Source: Balanoglossus misakiensis
Taxonomy: Eukaryota; Animalia; Hemichordata
Assembly: GCA_040954595.2 (NCBI GenBank)
Contig: CM082579.2
Coordinates: forward strand, 10,343,625-10,407,624
Direction: 5' to 3'
Length of the DNA: 64,000 nucleotides
Shown here: in pieces, positions 51,386-61,579 of the stretch
Numbering within the stretch: the stretch's first letter is position 1
Layout: the number at the start of each line of letters is the position of its first letter
The notes under the pieces: generated by a model
Told to the model about the DNA's origin: nothing
Databases searched by the model: none
The model's input: the letters and a program-made list of their open reading frames with translations, nothing else
Program-made: the position numbers and the translations under genes

Positions 51386-51858
51386 ATTAATAAAAGACAT
51401 TGTTTCTTGTAAAAGCATAGTCATGTCAACGTGACAAAGGTATTATCGCCCTTTGTTTGGTTCGCCGAAAAAGTAAGACAGAAACTCTCTGTAGTTTGCC
51501 ATAAGCTAAATTCTTCCGGAAACGGGCGGATTTTTTTCAATCCGCGGCGGTTAATAAATATTGGTGCTGCCAATCGATATTATCATGAAATCGCACATTC
51601 TTTTCGAAAATAATCCCTTTAAGCTGACCGTGTATAGATACCAAATTGGTTTCGGTTGTCAGTGTGAACAAGCATTCATTTTAGTCACCGCGGGGGACGG
51701 AATTTTGTCAAATTAATAAAAGACATTGTTTCTTGTAAAAGCATAGTCATGTCAACGTGACAAAGGTATTATCGCCCTTTGTTTGGTTCGCCGAAAAAGT
51801 AAGACAGAAACTCTTTGTAGTTTGCCATAAGCTAAATTCTTCCGGAAACGGGCGGATT
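51386..51858 (+). repeat. ~147-bp near-identical direct duplication (51386-51532 and 51712-51858)
   Basis: ATTAATAAAAGACATTGTTTCTTG...CCGGAAACGGGCGGATT occurs twice with about one mismatch. Confidence 0.9.
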
Positions 51859-52236
51859 GTTGCCACGTTGTGTTGCGGCGTAGCTACTAATTTGGACTTG
51901 CCCGTGTGAGCTATTCTGTTCCTCGCCGGCTTGGAAGCTGTGCCTTATTTCCTGTAAAGTCTTGTTCTCACTAAAAGTTTCGACACCAGTGTTATGCCAG
52001 TGTTTACTCTCTGCAAACACAGGGGATTAGCCCACAGAATCTCTGTGCGTCCACACACTAAACTTTTGGACACTGTTTTGAAATAAACACCGTCTAAATC
52101 GCCATGTTTAGCAACACGGCAACGAACAAAATTGACGACGTCGAGGACATACAGCAACATGTTTCAGTTTCTATACCTGCATATGCGTTCTAGACGACTT
52201 TGTGACAGTTTTGATAATGTTTAGAAGTAACACGAT

Positions 52237-53020
52237 ATGGCAGAACTGCATAACCTCAGGATTGGTAAACTTAACATCACTCCCTCTCCTTTCGTTCGGA
52301 ATCTTGGTGTTATTCTCAACAGGGATGGCTTTATGTGTGAACATATCAGTCAACTTTGTAGGAACGCATATTTCTCTTTATCAAGAATCGGTAAAATTCG
52401 TAAATTACTCGACAAGCCCACTACCGAGAAACTCATTCATGCATTCGTTACCTCTAGACTCGACTATTGTAACAGTCTGTTCTATGGCATCTCAAATGAC
52501 CAGCTGATCCGTCTGCAGTCTGTTCAAAATGCAGCAGCCCGTCTCGTCACAGGTACACGCAAATATGACCACATCACCCCTGTTTTCATTGATTTACACT
52601 GGTTACCTGTGAAAGCTCGTATACAATTCAAAATTTTATTGACTACTTTTAAGATTGTTAGAGGTGGTGCACCGCTTTATCTGACCGATTTAATTGATCT
52701 GTACGTACCGTCAAGAAATCTGCGATCTTCTGAGAAATTACGTTTAACTCCTCCTCGCGGATATTTTAATAAGTCCTATGGTCAGAGAGCTTTTTCGGTA
52801 TGTGCCCCTTTGCTGTGGAATGCACTGCCTTCAGAAATTCGTTGTGCCAGAAATACTACATGTACTTCTTTTAAACGTTGTTTGAAGACCCATCTTTTTA
52901 ACAAGTTTTACTCGTAACTGTAGTAGTTGTTTTTTTGTATCTTTTTAATACTTGTGTTCAGCGCACTGAGACGTTTGTGGAGTGCGTTTTTAAGAATTAA
53001 ATATTAATATTATTATTATT
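52237..53020 (+). mobile_element. 5'-truncated L2-clade LINE (ORF2 C-terminus, 3'UTR and tail)
   Basis: VRNLGVIL...LIHAFVTSRLDYCNSL...RLQSVQNAAARLVTGTRKYDHITP...LHWLPVKARIQFK...LWNALP...LKTHLF; 3' GCGCACT...AGTGCG hairpin and (ATT)n tail. Confidence 0.92.
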
Positions 53021-53295
53021 AAATGAATGTTAATCCATAAATGGAAAATGCCTCAGCTTTTCGGTGATCGAGAGAACCTTCCGAAAGTTGGTAGCAGACA
53101 GAAGTGTTGCAGACCTGGCAAACTGCGAATGGTTTGAAAACCACTCGCGTCCAGTGTGATTGACCATGTCTTCTCTTTTTACATCCATGGATTGACTTAA
53201 CAATGGAAACTGACCAAAGACAGTGGGCTGTACCTAATAAACATACCCAAAAGTCACTGCAGGGTGGCGCTTTTGAACGGTGTTTGTTTATCTTT

Positions 53296-53481
53296 GCGTT
53301 CTCACTGACTACATGTATTTGCGTCGGAGCGCTGGCCCAGCACTGGCCCTGACCCGCCACCCATCGCCGTCGCAAATCAACACTGGCGTAACACCGGCGT
53401 AAAGCGTTCTCACTTGTTTTATTCCGTCGGTGTCAAATCTACACCGTTGTAGCACCGGTGTAAACGTGCCAGTGAGAACGC
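53296..53481. mobile_element. PIF/Harbinger-like MITE
   Basis: GCGTTCTCACTG ... CAGTGAGAACGC termini, an internal GCGTTCTCACT at ~53404, and repeated ACACCGG motifs. Confidence 0.6.
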
Positions 53482-54588
53482 CACATAACACTGGTCTGGA
53501 AACCGCGCCCAGAAGTCGTGCTATATCATGGGGAATACAACGCCCGGGGACTGCTGAGCTGAAAGATAGTAGCCCTGGCAACGATCAGGGTCGCTTAGTA
53601 ACGAATGGATAACGAGTGATCTATCAAATGTTGATGGGCGCCAGTGGTTGGATGATATAATTAACAAAGCTTGGTTATGAATATTTATACACCTTCAAAA
53701 CCACTCCCACATCCCGTCGCGGGAATTTCACACATGACTCCACCTCTATTTCCTTATTTAGAATGCGATGATGTCATTTGGTTTACATTGAGTGACCAAT
53801 TAGCTTACACGCAAGATTTACCACCCGTGTCGTTCTGCGCACAGAATTCTGTGCGTAAATAGAGACTGTCCCCGGGTGTCTCTTTTCGACGCCCTGGTCT
53901 AGGGGAATTCGTCTGAAAGCCGTGCCGTCTACCGGGGAATTGTGCCAGAACGTTACTCGGACTGAACGTCGCTGTTGGGACTGCCGTGGTGCTGGTCGCG
54001 TTCGTCGTGCGCTACGGAAGCTTGGACTTTAGTCTTTCATTTCCCACACCTGGTCATATTTAAGGTAGTCATTTATTTTTGTGTTTTTCCCCAGTGTACA
54101 ATCTTTTTATATTTACCAATGTTTAGTTGTAGTAATTAATAAAAGTTTCCATAAGCAAGGAAATGTTGGTCAGAGAGAGTCGTCTGGGAATCGACAGGTT
54201 TCGCTGCTTGCTGCATATGTTCAAATATTGCACCAAAACCATTTTCAGCAACCACGATCTGTCAAATTTTAGTCAGTTCCATAGGCATCGCCATGCAATT
54301 TGCAGTGTGGGGCTGGTAAAATCAAGTGTTGATGTTTTTTCTGAGTTAATTTTTATAAAAATTTCATGTCGGTTTTTGGATTTGTCACAGCGAGTAAGCT
54401 CAGCTCGCTGGATTTTGTTCGTGTTGGAGACACTGCTACTTGTAATTTCTGTGTCCGACCGTAATTTTCCGGACACTCGACAGCATAGTCAGCCTTTTGA
54501 ATACTTAATGAGTGATAATAACCACGCCCACTTTGCGCGCTCAGTCCGAAGACTGTGTGATAGCCCAGGACCATGTGTTCTGAAGCAC

Positions 54589-54828
54589 GGGGATTTAACC
54601 TAACTAAAATCCCAACTAATGTTGAACCTAAAAAAAAAAGCTATTAAACAAAATCGTTCGACCATTTTTCCGTCATTACTTATTTTTACCGAATGTTTTT
54701 ATATTTAATTTGAATTTTTATTATATTACTGTAATACCGATTTAATATTGTTTGCTCATTTTATAGCGCTTTCAGCTATTTTTTGAGGTTCAACATTAGG
54801 TGGGATTTTAGCTATAGGTTAAATCCCC
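54589..54828. mobile_element. MITE with ~50-bp TIRs and GGGG...CCCC ends
   Basis: GGGGATTTAACCTAACTAAAATCCCAACTAATGTTGAACCT is inverted to AGGTTCAACATTAGGTGGGATTTTAGCTATAGGTTAAATCCCC. Confidence 0.75.
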
Positions 54829-55450
54829 ATGCCTTATAACACATGTTCCTGGGCTAGCACTCACTTGCCAAGCGAAGCCATCAATTCATGTAAACAAGCG
54901 ATAAATACTGCCGCGACAGTTCTTGAAAGAATCGCCGCCACTCAGAGTCCGTCTACACAAGCTGTAAGGCCACAGACGCCCAAAGCGACGTCTCTACCAA
55001 GGCAAGTTAGGGAAAATTTCGCCAATCCAGATTTGTTCCTCCCGCGCCAAAGATCAACTCGCAATGGAAGACAAACATTTTGATCGCGATCTAGGTGTCG
55101 ACCGAGATCTTCCCGTTCAACCTTGTCAACAGATCCAAAATGGACACGTTCGTGGGTGTGTCTCGCGTGTAAAGAATCTGATGTGGCACCAAAACCAAGA
55201 GATCGCGTGGAGTTGACAAAATCCATACAGCAAGTCTGATGTTGTTAAACACTTCATTTGGAATATTGTGGTTTAGCGCTAATGAAACCAATTCTTCTTC
55301 TAAGAAAAGCAAGTTTTCTGATAAATCAATAAATTGATAAGCATCAGTTTTTTAGTCAAGTGACTGAGCGATATCACGAAGGTCTTGGCAAACAGACAAC
55401 ATTGCCGCCAGAGCAAAGTTCGATGGGAGGTGGACAGGGACCATGTTTAA

Positions 55451-55962
55451 TTAAAGGCACTTAAGCTGTAACTTTTGGGATAATTTTCATAATTTTTGTT
55501 TCAAACTGTACTACCAATAGTCCATGCAGATAAAGGCAGTGAACTATACACAAGCATTATAAACCCTAAATATGAGTGCATATGCAAGTTTTAACCAGAT
55601 AAATAATAAAGCTTTGCCGCAAGCGATTATGGCCGCCACCGTGGGAAAATGAAAGAAACAATGAAAATGTCGCATTTCCGGTTGTGAAACTTCATAAACA
55701 AAACATGATCTCATCCACTTGAGCTCATGGAAGTAAATGTACACCACTGAGACATCAGATTTTCATTTTTCATTGCAATATTGCACTTTTTTAAAAATTT
55801 CAGGAATTTTCGTTTTTCTTTAATTTTTGGCCATTTTGTCATAAATAAGTGTTGAGCTTGATATATTATCATGAAATAGCATTTAATAGATATAATTAAA
55901 AGCATATATGAGATTATTTAAAACATTGATTTTTTATCCAGTTGCAGCTTACGTGCCTTTAA
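55451..55962. mobile_element. Kolobok-type MITE
   Basis: TTAA-AGGCACTTAAGCTGTAACT ... AGTTGCAGCTTACGTGCCT-TTAA (17/19 TIR match, TTAA TSD). Confidence 0.8.
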
Positions 55963-55992
55963 GGAAGTGTGGCGTTAAATAAATCAGACTGC

Positions 55993-56227
55993 TAATAACA
56001 ATTCACCACCAAATCGTTCACCAACTAAAAATTCGGCACCTAATCATAAACCTGCAAATAATTCAGCACCAAAAATGCGGCACCTAATCATAACGCTGCT
56101 AATAATTCAGCATCAAATATTTTACCTACTAATAATTCGGCACCTAATTATAAAGCTTTGAAAAATCCAGCGCTAAATCGTTTACCTGCTTATAATTGAG
56201 CACATAATTGCTAATAATCAGCACCTA
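55993..56227 (+). repeat. Degenerate ~30-bp minisatellite
   Basis: Repeated AATAATTC(A/G)GCACC(T/A)AA(T/A) cores. Confidence 0.7.
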
Positions 56228-56878
56228 TCTATGCAAATGTAAAATGTTTAGCAAATAATGATAAAAATAGTCAATAATACTAAATAGCAAAAAGCATTAA
56301 TCGAATTATTTTAGTTTTGGCGGGGATCTCACCCTATAATGGCGCAGTATTTTTATTAATCGGCAAGTGCTTTGCCACAACATCGAAACAATCAAAACAC
56401 ATGCCTGTTGAACATTTATGTCTCACAGTAGGGGAAAATAAATTATTGCTAATGAACATTTTTTTAATTATGTAGGATCCGCTTGCTGATCAGCTTGATC
56501 CGCGTCAGTCAGGTTGATGTTTTCTATCTTAAAGGCGGAGCTTCCCTATAAATAGGGGTAGCCAACTGGCGGCGTTCATTGTGTAAATTGACTCTGAAGG
56601 GTGACAGCTGACACACGTTCCCGAGAATGCATGATTTTCCGAGGTTTTCGACTGCAAAATCCTTCACAATGCATACAAATTCCACCATGAAAATGTATCC
56701 TACCGATTTATGGCGTAAATTCCCCAGACAGACGCGAATCAGAGGTGATTTTCAGCTTTTTTGGCGTCGACTGTGGCGAGTCGAGCCCACAACTTCAGCC
56801 GAGATCGTAGATGTGCAATTGACTACTCACTTTTCGATGTCATGTAAAAAACACGAGTTGATCAATCGACGTAAAATG

Positions 56879-56936
56879 TAGCCCGGAGACCAGGGCGTCG
56901 ATCTAGAATCTTTCCGACGCCCTGGTCTCCGGGCTA
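56879..56936. mobile_element. 58-bp TAG...CTA element with 9-bp TSD (Academ/AcademH-like derivative)
   Basis: CGTAAAATG|TAGCCCGGAGACCAGGGCGTCG-N14-CGACGCCCTGGTCTCCGGGCTA|CGTAAAATG; perfect 22-bp TIRs. Confidence 0.85.
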
Positions 56937-57511
56937 CGTAAAATGCAACCTTTCTACTACTACTACTACTATCACGAAAAAAAAATTGTCGTACAATTTT
57001 ACAGGATTCCGTCTCTGACCAAAGATTCTTTGGCCCTGAAAAGAGTCGTTTGACCCGTCTTCCTGAAAAGAACATTTTTTTTATGTTCACGGTGATTATG
57101 CTCACCGATGTCCGACATACGGTAACCGGGGCAAGATACAAAGATCGGACGACAGAAGTTACGCACTTCTTTGCGCCTTGTTACAACATTTCGTCAGCCC
57201 CTAAGCCGTTTTCTTGAGATATATCTTTCGTCACGCCAATCATATCTCTGATCCAGCATGATCCAGAACTTTTTGTTCAGAGTACGAGAAAAGAGACCAT
57301 CTCTACTGTGTATGATTATTTATAGTATCAGCAATTCGAAGTACGTTTCTTTCCTATGACATTTTCGACAAGCATCAACGACCCGGCAAAAGTTGTCGAC
57401 TGACGCCGTGACCGCGATTATCATCTAAATAAAGCAGACATTTTCGCATTGTTCATTTATAGCTTGAATTGCTTTGTTGGCTCTATGTGTATTTCTGTCG
57501 ATCAGTAAACT

Positions 57512-57539
57512 CACGGTTACTCTTCTTCAAGTAACCGTG
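57512..57539. mobile_element. 28-bp hairpin micro-element with 7-bp TSD
   Basis: GTAAACT|CACGGTTACT-CTTCTTCA-AGTAACCGTG|GTAAACT. Confidence 0.7.
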
Positions 57540-58857
57540 GTAAACTCGATGACCGGCGGGCTAAAGTTTGATCTACGTATATTTCGGGCAGCGGAACCCC
57601 TCAAGTTGGGTAGAGAAATTGTACCCGTCACTAGCTAGTCAAGACGGCCGCGTGTTACGGCTGTGTTGCTATCGGCGAGTCTAATCACACGCGGTTGAAG
57701 GCAATATAAATATCACACAGTCCCGAATCGAGCGTCGAAGCCGTCAGAGCGATCGAGCTCTCTGTAACAACAGTGCTCATATGTAGCTAGCTGGCTGGAC
57801 GATCGTTTTCGTTTATCTGGCTATAGGCCTACTACCGGTAGCACAAATTGACGATCTGTTTATAGGATTAGCTAAGGTGGTAAACTGTTGCGATTCTTGT
57901 GTGTATCTAACGTACGCATCTAGCCTAATGTATGACTAGGAGGAGCACCAGGGATATGGCACTGAATATCTTGTCGGCCCGCCCATAGTCTTCGAATACC
58001 CGTCTCCGTCTGATGTGGACGGCGATCGTTGTGCTACGAACGCATGGTTGTCTCGGGTCCATCTTATCATGTAGAGCGAGTCTCTGTTCTGACTAAAATC
58101 GGCCGGACAGTGGACATTCTAACCGATCTCTGCGTTCTCTTTGACGTGAACTAACACACTGGCATACCTTGCAACTATGCATAAACAGGAAAAGATAAAT
58201 TAAGCCCTTTTTAATACTGAAATTTTTATATAGTTAAATCACTGGTCACCAAATCTGATTAAAATGCAGGGAACGACGACGTGGTTTTTTTATGCTGTCG
58301 CCTGGCTTAAACGCCGAACAAATTGGCCGTGGCAAAATCCGAACGTGGATAACGAAAATGGCCATGTGCTTCTGCCTATAAGACGCACATTTTCTGAAAG
58401 TTTATTGCTTCTTCTCCACTTATATGCAAAAATTAGACGTAGGACCCTTGTACTTTTAACGTGAGAGCGAGTTTAAAATGTCTAGTTTTTGAAAATGCTT
58501 TGATGGTTTACGTGTAACCCTATGGCGATAGAGTAACCGCACATCGTATATTGAAGCCTCGCTTGTGTTTTTCCATTTCGTGACAGAATATCATGATTAA
58601 TTCTCTAAAGTATGCCGTATCTATTTCACAATGCCCTTGACAACTGTAGCATAAAGAATGAAAAAGCAATATAACTTAACAAATCATAGAATCTAGGGTC
58701 TATATGAACAAATGTGTACACGACATTACTTTTTTTATCTTTTATTTGAACCTTCATCTCAATTACATGTTTATGTAAATATTGCAAAGACAGTGATGTT
58801 GCAAGAGGTTAAAAATCGCGTCTACACCGGAGTACATGGCCATATACAGACAGACAG

Positions 58858-58858
<1 letters not shown>

Positions 58859-58888
<30 letters not shown>
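58859..58888. repeat. (CA)n microsatellite
   Basis: About 15 CA units. Confidence 0.95.
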
Positions 58889-58891
<3 letters not shown>

Positions 58892-59099
58892 CGAGAGATC
58901 AATGGGCAAACACTGACTGACCCATAAGCTGCCAATGGCATATGTACTGTACATACACTAAATAGAACAGCTGGCCTCGTTAAAACTTAGCCAGTTTTGT
59001 AATCATTCAGGAATTTGCTGTGTTTATATGAATCACAGGATGGGGGCTTCCTGCCTAATTAAAACAACTCAATAAAGTAAATACACACCACTTTGCAAA

Positions 59100-59366
59100 G
59101 CAATCTGACCAGTAGTTCTTGAGTTACTGAGTTTTGCCCAAATTCACATTTTTCCAGCTAATTTGCATATGTTTGGCAATGACAACTTCATTTGAACAAA
59201 CTCCCATCTACAGCCCAGCCTGCATCAGCACACCGACTATCAAGGTGATACACGCAGCGGTTTTCAAGTTTTTGATGTGGACGGACATACAGACATACGT
59301 CCATCCATACATACAGACGCAACCGATCCCATAAGGTCCCATGGTACATACCAATGGGACTCAAAA
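59100..59366 (+). mobile_element. 3' end of HINE-like element (copy of 48575-48815)
   Basis: AGCTAATTTGCATAT...ACATACAGACGCAACCGATCCCATAAGGTCCCATGGTACATACCAATGGGACTCAAAAA. Confidence 0.75.
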
Positions 59367-59369
59367 ATT

Positions 59370-59975
59370 ACAGCAAACTCGTAATGTTCTCAAAAGTTTC
59401 TAATACAACAGCTTTTGCATCCAGCCGTTTTTCGATCTTGTATCTCAAAATAAACTCATTTTTCATTACAACTGCAATTGGTGTATTTTCATTAGTCACC
59501 CAGTACTTATGGATACTCCATTTCCCAAGAAGAATAAGAATCTGAAAAAACATAACGTTTTTCTTTGGGTTTGACATTCTCGCCAGCTTTTGTAAAAATA
59601 ACGTCTGATGGTGTTATTACGCTATTACAATCAGAACATCTAGAGATGACATATTTAAGGTTTTTCCAGCATCTCACAGCGATTTGACAATATATAAATC
59701 TGTGTTCCAGAGAGTCAATCTGGTGACAAAGAGGACAGAACATTGAATCTTTTAACTTCCACAAGTATAAATACTTGTTACATGATAATAAACGTTGTAG
59801 AAGTGTCCACTGAAACTCTCTTAACTTGGTCTCTTTAGTCAAATTGTACACACTCAGCCAGATTTTGTAACAGTCACTCTCTGGCTTTACAGGGGTGATA
59901 TTTAACTTAGAAAACCATTTTAAGAGTTTATCACTTGCCTGTACTGTGTGCCTTTGTATGAGATAAGCGTACAAG
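59370..59975 (-). mobile_element. L1/Tx1-clade LINE ORF2 C-terminal zinc-finger fragment, frameshifted
   Basis: KETKLREFQWTLLQRLLSCNKYLYLWKLKDSMFCPLCHQIDSLEHRFIYC (C-x2-C...H...C), then ILILLGKWSIHK in another frame. Confidence 0.85.
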
Positions 59976-60144
59976 TTAATTTGTAGACTGGAGACTTAGA
60001 GTCGCCAAGTGTGACATAATACACTTGCAGAGTGAGCTGCCTAAAAAACACCAAAATTTGGAAGACCAGGAAAGTGTACGGTTCCCTGCTCGAGAAGCAT
60101 TGTGCTTCACCGCATACCAGGCATTCAGTACATTTACTACGATG

Positions 60145-61405
60145 TTCAGAATACTAGCAACAAATGCCAAACTAGCAACACCGTATTTCTTTGAGGGGGC
60201 CGACACGTTATCTCTAAAATTGTAACAACGTCACAATTTAGTAGACAAAGAGGCGCCCCCATCCCAATTGCGCAGTTGAAGTACGTGCTTGTTGAGAGAG
60301 ACGTGTCGACTCGAACACGGACGACGAGAGTTGTTTAGCGTGTTGAACGCTGCTCTACGAAGCTCGTAGTTACCGTCTGACCGGGACATTTGCGCTTGAA
60401 CGGACTGGGTTCCTCCCACTTCAGGTCGGTAGATTCCTGTGAAGCAGAGACAGGAATTTTGCCTTTCCTAGTGCCGCGGGTTGCAGAGTATCCCGTCTGT
60501 TGAACGTTTTTTAGAGATTGAGATGAGAATTAGCAGTGTAGGATAGAGACGACGTACCAAACTGCCGAGTTGTATTCTGAATTTGTGTTGAAATAAATAC
60601 GACGGAAGAGTTTTGCTGTGTGGACTGATAGTTTTGTGGCAAATTCGGGCGTGCGAGGCCGCCGCTAACCTTGCCGCGATCACCCGGCCGCTTGAGAACT
60701 TTCTCGACCTACGCATGAACTTGTTGCTTGTGGCAGCAATCATGACAGGTTACGTTGTTTGAAAAATAACGTTAACGCGTCATCGCGCCCAGCGGCGGAC
60801 GCCGCATTAATTTTTTTCAGAGCTGGCTTTTTCAACGTGTTTGTTTGGCGTTCATGATTTAGTATATATCCATGTTCTTGTTCCGCTATTTCCCATTCCG
60901 AAAACCCCAACGTTATAAATGTGAACACTTTGACTAGAAAAGGCCTCAGACACCTTAATATGCTGTCCGGCAGCCGGGGTGGCATATCTGACTGCGGTGC
61001 AGCTCAAAGTGGCGTGGAGCTGCTCATGTTTGGAGCGGTTCAGCCGGCCGGTGGATCGACGTCTTAGCCTACACTTTCATACCCGCCGGCGTGCGGCAAT
61101 CGGCAAGAACCCATCGGGAGGAACCCAGTCCGTTCAAGCGCAAATGTCCCGGTCAGAAGGTAACTACGAGCTTCGTAGAGCAGCGTTCGACACACTAAAC
61201 AACTCTCGTCATCCGTGTTCAAGTCAGTCTCCTACCCCGTTCTGTTCACGTCTCTCTCTCAACACGCACGTACTTCAACTGCGCAATTGGGATGGGGGGA
61301 CGCCTCTTTGTCTATTAAATTGTGACGTTGTTACAATTTTAGAGATCACGCGTTGCTGGCATGAAAGAAATACGATGTTGCCGTTTGTTGCTGGTATTTC
61401 GAATT
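60145..61405. repeat. Inverted duplication: arms ~60145-60418 and ~61116-61405 around a ~700-bp CpG-rich spacer
   Basis: Both strands give the same translation GGTQSVQAQMSRS(D/E)GNYELRRAAF...LQLRNWDGG; identity extends through GTGACGTTGTTACAATTTTAGAGAT. Confidence 0.9.
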
Positions 61406-61579
61406 CTGTGGTACATAAAATTCTGGGAGTACAGATAATAGAAAATCGGGAATCCTTTGCCACACGTCACTACTTTACGTTTAGTTACGTTTTAGTTGTG
61501 CCTTTCCTTTTACTAAAGTGTCTGATTTTTTCAACAACTTAACGAATTTAACAATCGAACAATTTGCTCATATTACAGG

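Noticed and set aside
53255-53271. CTCF-like CTGCAGGGTGGCGC
   Set aside because: An extra base breaks the core spacing.
54829-55312. Possible transposon-associated protein fragment (KWTRSWVCLACKESDVAP)
   Set aside because: Short, interrupted, and not assignable without a search.
56950-58460. CpG-rich stretch suspected to be an LTR/DIRS element or RNA gene
   Set aside because: No recognisable protein motif, terminal repeat, or tRNA/rRNA/snRNA signature found by eye.
60979-61542. 187-aa ORF and its mirror at 60231-60419 as protein-coding paralogs
   Set aside because: Similarity comes from the inverted DNA duplication; non-ATG starts, indels between arms, and no domain features.
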